A stretch of DNA of 39,872 bases. Source: a candidate division WOR-3 bacterium. Lineage in GTDB: Bacteria; Hydrothermota; Tepidihabitantia; Tepidihabitantales; CAIPLT01. This document shows, one piece after another, positions 1 to 8,928 of this stretch. Position 1 is the stretch's first letter. The number at the start of each line of letters is the position of its first letter. The notes beneath the pieces were generated by a model that saw nothing but the letters and a program-made list of their open reading frames with translations, was not told where the DNA came from and did not search any database. Location of the stretch: positions 1-39,872 of the forward strand of contig CBFGJZ010000005.1 in assembly GCA_965649215.1 (NCBI GenBank), read 5' to 3'. A program made the translations under genes and the position numbers.

Positions 1-75
1 GGTTTATATTTGGTTGTATTCCAAAGTAGTTATGGTAAAGATATAAAAAAATTTGCTATCGTCCGTTAAAAAATC

Positions 76-104
76 TTGACAAAATCTAAAAGATAACTTA
101 TCAT
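76..104 (+). promoter_or_regulatory. sigma70-type promoter of tRNA-Asn
   Basis: TTGACA (76-81), 17 nt, TATCAT (99-104), 11 nt before the tRNA. Confidence 0.75.
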
Positions 105-115
105 ATAACGCACCT

Positions 116-187
116 TCCAGCGTAGCTCAATGGTGGAGCATCCGGCTGTTAACCGGAGGGTTGCAAGTTCGAGTCTTGCCGCTGGAG
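116..187 (+). tRNA. tRNA-Asn(GTT)
   Basis: Acceptor TCCAGCG/CGCTGGA, anticodon arm TCCGG-CTGTTAA-CCGGA, T loop GTTCGAG; CCA not encoded. Confidence 0.97.
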
Positions 188-616
188 GTCTTTTATTTTT
201 AATAAAATCAAGACTATTCAGTAAATAAAAAGCATAAACAAAAATTATAAAATTCTATTTATAACCAGGAATAAAAAATTAGCACATTTTATTGCTAACT
301 CCTTGATTATTAATGAGTAACATGCAATAGATTGTGAACAGGGGGTATAATGCCCTCCGTCTTTTTGGGTTAGAAAGAAATTTATATGTTTAGTTTAAAC
401 TGAATATATATAAAAAGGGTCTAATATAGTGTGCATTTAAGGGAGTATTTAATATTAACCATCTTTCTGTTTAAGGTATGCTAAATCAATTCAATCAATA
501 TCTTTTATCCCCGTTCCCTAACCACCTTCAAGCTGAATACCATCGCTTAACAAACAATCCTTATCATCTTGATAACAACCCAAATTATTACTATCCAAAT
601 AACTCAAAGGTAATTC

Positions 617-644
617 TTGACATAAAAAATAACTATATTATAAT
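617..644 (+). promoter_or_regulatory. sigma70-type promoter of cvpA
   Basis: TTGACA, 16 nt, TATAAT; GAGG just upstream of ATG 662. Confidence 0.75.
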
Positions 645-661
645 CAAGCAGAGGATAACCA

Positions 662-1309
662 ATGATAATTGATATTGTAATTGCCATTATACTTGTTATT
701 GCTATTATCACAGGTATTATAAAAGGTTTAGTTAAAGAAATTGCAGTAATTGCTGGTTTGATTCTCGGCCTTTATATTGCCTCGCAAAAATATTTGGCGT
801 TAGAAAGATATTTGTTTCATTCCAATCCTGTTTTTACTACTTATAAAGTAATCAGTTTTATTATTATCTTTGTCATTGTCTTAGTAATAGTGCTCTTATT
901 AGGATTACTCTTAAAGAAAGTTATCCAGCTCATAATGCTTGGTTGGCTTGATAAGATTTTAGGTGGTATTTTTGGCTTCGTTAAAGGCTTAATTATAATT
1001 TGGCTTTTACTAATGTTCATTACTACTATTTTCCCTAATACTCAAGCAATAATTAATAAATCCAAACTGGCAATGCAAATTTTACAAATTGGCAGTAACT
1101 ATACGAAAATCCCTTTAAAAATCCAACCCCATAAAAAACCCTTGACAAATCTCAATAAATATAATATAAAATATCATACAATAAAACCCCATTGGGGGGT
1201 AATTAAAGAAAGGAGCTATTATGAAAAAACTCACAATAGCACTAATTGCACTGGTAGTCTTATTTGTTATTGGCTGCCAAGTGCCCCAAGAAATAAAAAC
1301 TCAGCTTGA
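662..1309 (+). CDS. cvpA: CvpA family membrane protein (C-terminal ~55 aa probably run-on)
   Basis: IDIVI..G..KGLVKE and LDKILGGIFGFVKG motifs, four hydrophobic segments. Confidence 0.85.
   Translation: MIIDIVIAIILVIAIITGIIKGLVKEIAVIAGLILGLYIASQKYLALERYLFHSNPVFTTYKVISFIIIFVIVLVIVLLLGLLLKKVIQLIMLGWLDKILGGIFGFVKGLIIIWLLLMFITTIFPNTQAIINKSKLAMQILQIGSNYTKIPLKIQPHKKPLTNLNKYNIKYHTIKPHWGVIKERSYYEKTHNSTNCTGSLICYWLPSAPRNKNSA
1142..1170 (+). promoter_or_regulatory. probable promoter of the lipoprotein pair
   Basis: TTGACA (1142-1147), 17 nt, TATAAA; SD AAGGAG before ATG 1221. Confidence 0.55.
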
Positions 1310-1484
1310 TAAACAAACTGAGCAGATCAAACAACTTGAAACTAAAATTCAAGAGCATCAAGCTGCGTTTGATCAACTCAAAGCCGATTTTGAAAAACAT
1401 ATGGCAGATTTCCATAAAAAAGCCGCGACCCCAACACAACCTAAACCAGCAACACCACAACCACCAACCCGAGTTGGTCGATAA
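1221..1484 (+). CDS. small coiled-coil lipoprotein with Pro/Thr-rich tail
   Basis: SD, MKK + hydrophobic stretch + VIGC lipobox, heptad pattern. Confidence 0.85.
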   Translation: MKKLTIALIALVVLFVIGCQVPQEIKTQLDKQTEQIKQLETKIQEHQAAFDQLKADFEKHMADFHKKAATPTQPKPATPQPPTRVGR

Positions 1485-1499
1485 ACAGAGGGGGTAAAA

Positions 1500-2321
1500 A
1501 TGAAAAAATTATACTTTGCCTTAGCATTATTACTAATCGCAGGTTCTGTTCTCTTATTCACTGGTTGTGAAGAAATTACGGGTGACAAACCGACCAACTT
1601 AGCAATTACTGCAGCTACTGATACGACCGTTACTTTAACTTGGACTGCACCTGCGACTGCTCCTGACAAATATGTCATCTACTTCAAAGCAGTTGGCCAA
1701 GCCAATTTTACAAGTGTTGGTGAAGTAACCACAACTACCTTTACGCATGACCCACAAGGTAAGACTGGTGATTATTATGTTGCTGCTAAATTTGGAAGTG
1801 ATGAATATGATTCTGATGTTAAAAGCACCAAACCAATTGCTTCCAGTTCAGTAACACTTGCTGAACTAAATGCTTCGGGCAATAGCGGTTATGGTTGGGA
1901 AAGAACTACAGGTATCAGTGGTACTTATTCTATGACCAACGCAGCAAATGCTTCTAATGTTGATTTCTATCTCACAAACTTTGCGACTGGTTTCTCAGGA
2001 ACACCTTATTCTATTGCAAGTCCAGACCAAGGTCCAACTGACCCCGGTGGGGTTGTGCCGACTGGTTCTTGGCGACAAAATGGCATCTCTGATCCGATCA
2101 CCGATCCACAAGCACCGCTACCAAAATACATCGCAGGTACAACTTATTTTAACTTCACCAATGTCACATCTTATCCAACCTATTTAGCTGTGAGAATGCC
2201 TGATGGTTCTGATGCTTATTATGCATTAATTAAAGTTGATGGCTTAAATACCGGCAACGGAACTGTGACAATTGAATCATGGTTTCAACCGATTAAAGGA
2301 CTGCGCTTAATTCAACACTAA
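1500..2321 (+). CDS. lipoprotein with fibronectin type III domain and unassigned beta-rich C-terminal domain
   Basis: FTGC lipobox; PTNL...VTLTWTAP...Y.IY FN3 pattern; purine-rich SD. Confidence 0.8.
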   Translation: MKKLYFALALLLIAGSVLLFTGCEEITGDKPTNLAITAATDTTVTLTWTAPATAPDKYVIYFKAVGQANFTSVGEVTTTTFTHDPQGKTGDYYVAAKFGSDEYDSDVKSTKPIASSSVTLAELNASGNSGYGWERTTGISGTYSMTNAANASNVDFYLTNFATGFSGTPYSIASPDQGPTDPGGVVPTGSWRQNGISDPITDPQAPLPKYIAGTTYFNFTNVTSYPTYLAVRMPDGSDAYYALIKVDGLNTGNGTVTIESWFQPIKGLRLIQH

Positions 2322-2338
2322 TAAAACCTAAAACTATC

Positions 2339-2370
2339 GCCCCGAGTTGCATACTCGGGGCTTTTATTTT
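2339..2370 (+). terminator. Rho-independent terminator
   Basis: GCCCCGAGT-TGCAT-ACTCGGGGC followed by TTTTATTTT. Confidence 0.9.
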
Positions 2371-2382
2371 CTAAGTTAACTA

Positions 2383-2411
2383 TTGACACAACCCATTTTT
2401 TTAGATAATCT
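2383..2411 (+). promoter_or_regulatory. promoter of the mreB operon
   Basis: TTGACA, 17 nt, TAATCT, 6 nt, ATG 2418. Confidence 0.65.
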
Positions 2412-3461
2412 ATGCCAATGTTTTTAGACTCATTTTTCAAGGGAATTAGTGAACGCTTTTCAAATGATGTTGCCATTGATTTAGGTACTTGTTCAACTTT
2501 GATTTATATCAAAGGTAAAGGCATACAACTACGAGAACCATCAATCGTGGCAATTGACGATACAAATCACGAAGTTGTCGCTATTGGTAATGAAGCGAAA
2601 AAGATGCTTGGCCGAACTCCTGAAGGTATTCGCGCAGTCCGTCCGATGAAAGATGGTGTCATTGCTGATTTTAGTATTGTCAAATTAATGCTCAAAACCT
2701 ATATTGAAATGGTACAACGCAAAAAACTCTTTGTCCGTCCTCGTGTTATTGTTTGTGTACCATCAGGTATTACTGAAGTGGAGAAACGCTCAGTACGCGA
2801 TGCAGTTGAAGCCACGGGTGCACGTGAAATCTATTTGGTTTCCGAACCCATCGCTGCGGCAATGGGGGCAGGCCTACCTGTTGAAGCACCAACTGGCAAT
2901 ATGATTATTGACATCGGTGGTGGTACAACTGAAATTGCTGTTGTTGCCCTCTCCGGTGTTGTTAATGTCAATTCAATTCGGGTTGCCGGTGATGAAATGG
3001 ATGAAGCAATCATTAACTATGTCAAAAAGAATTATAATCTCATCATTGGTGAACAAACAGCAGAAAATATTAAAATGACGATTGGTTCAGCTTACTCAAC
3101 TGGTAAAGACGAAACCATGGAAGTCAAAGGACGAGATTTAGTTTCAGGCATTCCTAAAACAATCAAAGTAACGGGTGCTAAGATTCGCGAAGCGTTAGAA
3201 GAAACTGTTTCTTTAATCATTCAAGCGGTCCGTCACGCTTTAGAAAAAACACCCCCAGAACTAGCGGCGGACATTGTTGACCGTGGCATTTATATGGCAG
3301 GTGGTGGTTCACTCTTAAAAGGATTAGATTTACTCATAAAAGAAGAAACCAATTTGCCAGTTTTTGTGGCAGAAAATCCGATTGATTGCGTTGTCATTGG
3401 TGCCGGTAAAATTTTAGAAGATATCTCAGCTCACGAAAAACTGATCTTAAAAACTACATAG
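2412..3461 (+). CDS. mreB: rod shape-determining protein MreB (start may be ATG 2418)
   Basis: IDLGT, EPSIVA, RPMKDGVIADF, DIGGGTTE, TPPELAADI. Confidence 0.97.
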   Translation: MPMFLDSFFKGISERFSNDVAIDLGTCSTLIYIKGKGIQLREPSIVAIDDTNHEVVAIGNEAKKMLGRTPEGIRAVRPMKDGVIADFSIVKLMLKTYIEMVQRKKLFVRPRVIVCVPSGITEVEKRSVRDAVEATGAREIYLVSEPIAAAMGAGLPVEAPTGNMIIDIGGGTTEIAVVALSGVVNVNSIRVAGDEMDEAIINYVKKNYNLIIGEQTAENIKMTIGSAYSTGKDETMEVKGRDLVSGIPKTIKVTGAKIREALEETVSLIIQAVRHALEKTPPELAADIVDRGIYMAGGGSLLKGLDLLIKEETNLPVFVAENPIDCVVIGAGKILEDISAHEKLILKTT

Positions 3462-3520
3462 CCATCAATCAAATTTACTTTATCTTAACAATTATAGATG
3501 TGGTATTATTCTAAAGCTTA

Positions 3521-4348
3521 ATGGTAAAAAAAATCTATTTTATCACAGTTATTCTTGCTATTGCTCTCTCATTTCTACCCGCATCAATAAAATTAACAAT
3601 CACGCGTTATCCCCGATTGTTATTTTTGTTGCCATTAAACAGTATCACCGCTATATTAACAAATTTTAAAAATCATCGTCATGCCTATCTCAAATTATCC
3701 GAACATACAGTTGAGCTGACTTTAGAAAATGCCCAGCTCAAAGAAAAACTCCGTAAAGAAGAATTCTCCTCACAGCTCCCCAAACTACAATTAGTTCCGG
3801 CTCAAATTATTGCTCGGGATCAAGAAATCGGCCTTCGTTATCTTACGATTAATAAAGGGAGTAAAGATGGTATAAAAAATGATATGCCTGTTTTAACCCC
3901 TTACGGATTAGTTGGTAAAATCATCGAGACTAACCCCAAACATTCAATTATTGAAACCGCTTTAAGCCCAAGTTTAAAAATCAGCGCTCTCGATTTACGC
4001 AGTAATGTAGTAGGTGTTATTGAATACTCACATTTTAATAAACTTCGCTTTAAATATGCTTTTGCTGAAAGTGATATTCAAATCAACGACACAATCATTA
4101 CCTCTGGGTTAGGTGGTATCTTTCCTCGTGGTATCTATATTGGAACAGTTTTATCAATAAGTCCAGATGCAACGAATTTTTTTCAGTATGTTGACATCCA
4201 ACCGCTGGTTACTTTTAACACTTTAGAAAATGTCTTTGTCCTAACCCAACCCACTTATCCAATCCAACCATCAAGTTTTCGTCATGAACGATTTCGTAAT
4301 CTTTATGACTTAAAAATTGAAGCACCTTTGACACCCCGGATCCGTTAA
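3521..4348 (+). CDS. mreC: rod shape-determining protein MreC
   Basis: N-terminal TM, INKGSKDGI, GLVGKI, TSGLGGIFPRGI; synteny. Confidence 0.93.
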   Translation: MVKKIYFITVILAIALSFLPASIKLTITRYPRLLFLLPLNSITAILTNFKNHRHAYLKLSEHTVELTLENAQLKEKLRKEEFSSQLPKLQLVPAQIIARDQEIGLRYLTINKGSKDGIKNDMPVLTPYGLVGKIIETNPKHSIIETALSPSLKISALDLRSNVVGVIEYSHFNKLRFKYAFAESDIQINDTIITSGLGGIFPRGIYIGTVLSISPDATNFFQYVDIQPLVTFNTLENVFVLTQPTYPIQPSSFRHERFRNLYDLKIEAPLTPRIR

Positions 4349-4367
4349 TGACCAAAGTAAATTGCTT

Positions 4368-4832
4368 ATGAAAATTTTTATTCGATTATTTTTTATATAT
4401 CTCTTTTTTCTGATACAAATTGCCATTCGTTATCCGCCCTTAGATTTATTAGTTTTAATCTTAGTCATCTTTGCTTTACATGATCCCACTCGTGACGCTT
4501 TGATTTTAGGTACTGTTGCTGGCTTTCTTATGAGTTTAGCAAATCCCTTAAATTTTGCAATCCCAATTTTCATTTATGCGACAATTGGGTTTATTACAAG
4601 CATCACCCGTCGCTTTATCTATAAAGAGCGTATATATTTTCTTTTAATTTTACTAATCTCACTAATCTTTAAATACCTCATCTCATTATTATTTTTCAAA
4701 ACAACTCCTCGGCTTACGACTTGGCTATTACAAACCACGCTCATTTTAGTTTTAGCAATTCCTTTAGAAATCTTTTTTAGCAAAATCTTTTACCATCAAT
4801 GGAGAATGCACATCGCCGAAGACAACTATTAA
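4368..4832 (+). CDS. mreD: rod shape-determining protein MreD
   Basis: Very hydrophobic 154 aa between mreC and mrdA; ATG 4368 preferred to TTG 4362. Confidence 0.8.
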   Translation: MKIFIRLFFIYLFFLIQIAIRYPPLDLLVLILVIFALHDPTRDALILGTVAGFLMSLANPLNFAIPIFIYATIGFITSITRRFIYKERIYFLLILLISLIFKYLISLLFFKTTPRLTTWLLQTTLILVLAIPLEIFFSKIFYHQWRMHIAEDNY

Positions 4833-6571
4833 TTGTCACAATAGTTTGTTTTCTCATTATTATTGGAAAACTCATAACACTCCAAATTATTAATGGCAAA
4901 AGATATTTTCGGTTAGCCGAAGCTAATCGAATTCGAAAAATTTATACTCCCGCCCCTCGCGGACGCATCTTAGACCGACATAAGCAACCGATTGCCGATT
5001 CTCGACCCGCTTTTGCTCTATCGATCATTCCTTGTGAAATGGATTCACAAACCATTAATAATCTAATGCGCTTTGCCCAAATTGATGACCAACGTATCAA
5101 AACATGGATTAATGATGTTGCATATCTGCGTACGCCTATTAAAATTAAACGCAATCTTGACTTAAGTACGGTCCTATCCATTGAAGAAAACTCAAGCAAA
5201 CTCAATGGCGTTTCAATCGAAGTTGAACCCATCCGAGTCTATCCCTCAGGTATTGCTTTTGCCCACTTGCTCGGATATTTAAGTGAAGTAAAACCAGACG
5301 AGTTAAAGAAAGATACTTTTTATAAACCATGGCATTATGTTGGGCGACTTGGTATTGAAGCCCAATATGAAAAATACCTGCGCGGTCGAGATGGTATTCG
5401 TTATACAGAAATTGACGCGACTGGCCGTGAAATTGGTCCCATTAAAGAAAAACGTGAAGAGCTCCCTCAAGCTGGTTATGATGTCCAATTAACCATAGAC
5501 GCTGAGCTTCAAAAACTCGCATATCAATTAATCAGTAAATATCAGCGCGGCGCAGTTGTTGGTATTGACTTAAACGATGGTGGTATTATTTGTCTTTTAT
5601 CTTATCCCAGTTTTGACCCGGAACAATTAACGCGGGGTATTTCCAGTAGCGAATGGCAAAAGATTATTAATAACAAATCATCACCTCTTATTAATCGTGC
5701 AATAAGCAGTGCTTATCCACCCGGTTCAACGATAAAACCAATCCTTGCTTTACATGCATTAGAAAAAAATCTTATTGACATGCACACTCATTTTAGTCCT
5801 TGTAATGGGACTTTTATTTTAGGCAATCGTACCTTCAAGTGTTTAGCTAAACATGGGGCTTTAAGTTTGATTGATGCAATCGCCTATTCTTGTAATATCT
5901 ATTTTTATCAACTAGGTTTGCGTTTAGGTATTGATAACATTACTAGCTTTTTAGAAAAATGGCCAATCAATGAAAAAACCGGCATTGATCTAAGTGGAGA
6001 ACGAAAAGGCAATATACCCAGTCGAGCTTGGCTTGATAAAAAATATGGCAAAAATCGTTGGACAGTTGGTGTGTTACCCAATTATGCAGTTGGCCAAGGT
6101 GAAGTCTTAATGACACCATTACAATTAGCAGTTATTTATAGTGCCATTGCCAATAATGGTAAATATTACACACCCCATTTAATTAAAGCTATCAAAGACG
6201 GTGATAAAGATATTATCACTTATCAGAGTCAAGAACATTATGTTAACTTCTCAGAAAAAAACCTAAAATTAATTCAACAGGCATTAAAAGAAGTCGTGCG
6301 TAAAGGTACTGGATATGGTTCTTATCTCAATGAAGTGATTGTTGCGGGCAAAACTGGTACTGCAGAAAATCCACCCCGCCCGGACCATGCTTGGTTTGTT
6401 GGCTATGCACCAGCTGATAATCCCGAAGTTTTATTCTGTGTCATTGTCGAAAATGTTGGCAAAGGCGGTGCGATTGCAGCACCAATTGTTCGAGAACTGA
6501 TGCGTAAATATTTTGCAATGAAATATCAAACCTCAATTCCAACTGATACGCATACCCAAACTAACAACTAA
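4799..6571 (+). CDS. mrdA: penicillin-binding protein 2
   Basis: APRGRILDR, YPPGSTIK (SxxK), SCN, KTG. Confidence 0.95.
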   Translation: MENAHRRRQLLIVTIVCFLIIIGKLITLQIINGKRYFRLAEANRIRKIYTPAPRGRILDRHKQPIADSRPAFALSIIPCEMDSQTINNLMRFAQIDDQRIKTWINDVAYLRTPIKIKRNLDLSTVLSIEENSSKLNGVSIEVEPIRVYPSGIAFAHLLGYLSEVKPDELKKDTFYKPWHYVGRLGIEAQYEKYLRGRDGIRYTEIDATGREIGPIKEKREELPQAGYDVQLTIDAELQKLAYQLISKYQRGAVVGIDLNDGGIICLLSYPSFDPEQLTRGISSSEWQKIINNKSSPLINRAISSAYPPGSTIKPILALHALEKNLIDMHTHFSPCNGTFILGNRTFKCLAKHGALSLIDAIAYSCNIYFYQLGLRLGIDNITSFLEKWPINEKTGIDLSGERKGNIPSRAWLDKKYGKNRWTVGVLPNYAVGQGEVLMTPLQLAVIYSAIANNGKYYTPHLIKAIKDGDKDIITYQSQEHYVNFSEKNLKLIQQALKEVVRKGTGYGSYLNEVIVAGKTGTAENPPRPDHAWFVGYAPADNPEVLFCVIVENVGKGGAIAAPIVRELMRKYFAMKYQTSIPTDTHTQTNN

Positions 6572-6572
6572 T

Positions 6573-7748
6573 ATGAAAAAAATTACAATCTCACCTATTT
6601 TTATTATTGTTCTTATCTTGTTTACTTTGGGTTTAGTAATGATTTACAGTGCTGCCGGTAAAAATTATCTCTGGCGCCAGCTAATCTGGTTTATCATCAG
6701 CATCGGCGCAATGATACTTGCCTACAAAACACCGCGACGGATTTGGGAAAATTTTGCCTTGTATTTTTATCTTTTGATCCTATTAATGTTAATTGCAGTT
6801 TTATTTATTGGAAGCGGTGTCGGTGCTCGAAGATGGTTTAGCATCGGTTTTATCAACTTCCAACCGAGTGAATTTGCTAAACTTAGTTTAGTCCTTTTAT
6901 TAGCCCAATATCTATCCAACCGTAAAATATCTTTTCGGTTTAAAGATTTATTTATGCCTATTATCGCTGTCCTTATTTATGTCGGATTAATATTTTTAGA
7001 ACCTGATTTAGGCACTGCTTTAGTCTTTTTCCCAATTTTAGCAGTGATGCTATATTGGCGTGGTTTATCGCTCTTTCAAATATTTTTACTTTTCTCACCC
7101 CTGCTTAGTTTTGTCTTTGGATTTTCCATTTATACTTTATTGCCTTATTTAATTTTTTTAACAATTATCACTTATCAAAAAAATACGATTGTTGGTTTAT
7201 TGATTACGCTCTTTATCAATATCCTGGCTGCTTTATCTTCGCCCATCATCTGGGCACATCTCAAAGACTATCAAAAAGCTCGCATTCTTGGTTTTCTCTC
7301 GCCTTGGCTTGATCCTAAAGGTATGAACTGGAATTTAATTCAATCACAAATCGCGATTGGTTCTGGGCGTCTCTTTGGTAAAGGATTTTTATCAGGCACT
7401 CAAAAAAAATTAGCCTTTTTACCTAATCGTCAAACCGATTTTATTTTTTCAACGATTGCTGAAGAATTCGGTTTTATCGGCAGTCTCATTGTGTTGGGGT
7501 TATACTTTTATCTTATCTACCAATTTTTAAATATTGCACGTAAGACCAAATCAGAATTTTTATCTCTCTTAGCAATTGGTTTGACCACTGTCTTAATCTA
7601 TCAAGTCGTGGTAAATATTGGTATGGTTTTAGGTCTTTTACCAATAACTGGTATTGCCTTGCCTTTTTTAAGCTATGGTGGTTCCTCGCTTTTATTTTAT
7701 TTTATTACCTTAGGTATCATGCTCCATATCAAAAAACAAGAAGTATAA
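6573..7748 (+). CDS. rodA: SEDS glycosyltransferase RodA
   Basis: GARRW, QPSEFAK, EPDLGT, TDFIFS, TGIALPFLSYGGSS; follows mrdA. Confidence 0.95.
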   Translation: MKKITISPIFIIVLILFTLGLVMIYSAAGKNYLWRQLIWFIISIGAMILAYKTPRRIWENFALYFYLLILLMLIAVLFIGSGVGARRWFSIGFINFQPSEFAKLSLVLLLAQYLSNRKISFRFKDLFMPIIAVLIYVGLIFLEPDLGTALVFFPILAVMLYWRGLSLFQIFLLFSPLLSFVFGFSIYTLLPYLIFLTIITYQKNTIVGLLITLFINILAALSSPIIWAHLKDYQKARILGFLSPWLDPKGMNWNLIQSQIAIGSGRLFGKGFLSGTQKKLAFLPNRQTDFIFSTIAEEFGFIGSLIVLGLYFYLIYQFLNIARKTKSEFLSLLAIGLTTVLIYQVVVNIGMVLGLLPITGIALPFLSYGGSSLLFYFITLGIMLHIKKQEV

Positions 7749-7751
7749 GAT

Positions 7752-8768
7752 ATGACCGATCTCAAAGCACTTTCTTTAAAAGAACTCTCCCAACTGACAG
7801 AAGAGCTGCATTGGGAAAAATATCGGGCACAGCAGATCTTTACCTGGATTTGGCAAAAAGGAATTACTGATATCAATCAGATGAGTAATCTCGCCAAAAC
7901 GAAACGCCAACTACTTCTCGAAAAATCCTATATCAGCCAACTCAAGCTCATCCGTGCTAAAAAATCTCAAGATCATTCAGTTAAATTTTTATTTGAATTG
8001 CAAGACCAAAACCGAATAGAATCTGTCCATATTCCTGAAGTCAATCGTCAAACTGTTTGTGTCTCAACCCAAGTCGGATGTGCTTTAGGTTGTCGCTTCT
8101 GTTATACAGGTCAACTCGGATTTATTCGTAATCTCAAGAAACATGAAATCGCTGATCAAATACTACAAGTTCAATTATTAACTAAGCAACGTATCAGTAA
8201 TGTTGTCTTTATGGGTATGGGCGAACCGTTCTTAAATTACGATGAGTGTCTTAAAGCCATTGAATTAATCAATTCTGATTTTGGTTTAAACATCGGAGCG
8301 CGTAAAATTACGATTTCAACTGCAGGTATTGTAGAAAGAATCTACGATTTTGCTGATTTCCCACTCCAAGTAAAACTAGCAATTTCGCTCAATGCAGCAA
8401 ATGACCAATTACGAAACAAACTTATGCCAATTAATAAAAAGTATCCTCTCTCTGAACTTATGAAAGCTATCCGTTATTATGTTAAAAAGAAAAATAAAAG
8501 AGTAACTTTTGAATATGTCTTAATCAAAGATACCAATGATAAAGAAAAAGACATTCAAGCTCTAATTAAACTCTTATCAGCAATTCCTTGCAAAATCAAT
8601 TTAATTCCGTTTAATCCTTATCCAAATTGTCCATATCAAAGTCCAACTATTGAAGAAGTTGAAGCATTTGCAGAAAAACTCTATCCTTATCTGCCTACTG
8701 TAATAATTAGAAAAAGTCGGGGACAGGACATTCAAGCTGCCTGCGGACAATTAGCAGGACAAGAATAA
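7752..8768 (+). CDS. rlmN: 23S rRNA/tRNA methyltransferase RlmN (radical SAM)
   Basis: CVSTQVGCALGCRFC, MGMGEP, AACGQL. Confidence 0.95.
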   Translation: MTDLKALSLKELSQLTEELHWEKYRAQQIFTWIWQKGITDINQMSNLAKTKRQLLLEKSYISQLKLIRAKKSQDHSVKFLFELQDQNRIESVHIPEVNRQTVCVSTQVGCALGCRFCYTGQLGFIRNLKKHEIADQILQVQLLTKQRISNVVFMGMGEPFLNYDECLKAIELINSDFGLNIGARKITISTAGIVERIYDFADFPLQVKLAISLNAANDQLRNKLMPINKKYPLSELMKAIRYYVKKKNKRVTFEYVLIKDTNDKEKDIQALIKLLSAIPCKINLIPFNPYPNCPYQSPTIEEVEAFAEKLYPYLPTVIIRKSRGQDIQAACGQLAGQE

Positions 8769-8928
8769 TAATCACCTTCAACAAAACAAATTCTCTATCT
8801 GGAGGTTAAATGTTTATCTCAATATAATAAATTACACTAATTACATATTACAAACGGCAAACTTCTTACACCTTCTCATTCATCTTATCAGCTGTGTCTC
8901 GATAACCTCTTATTTTAATTAGTTTTAT

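Noticed and set aside
478..672. 64-aa N/Y/P-rich ORF
   Set aside because: Low complexity, no recognisable family, runs across the cvpA promoter
8801..8839. GGAGG followed by micro-ORF MFISIYKLH* after rlmN
   Set aside because: SD only 4 nt from ATG, no downstream gene to couple to, no other support
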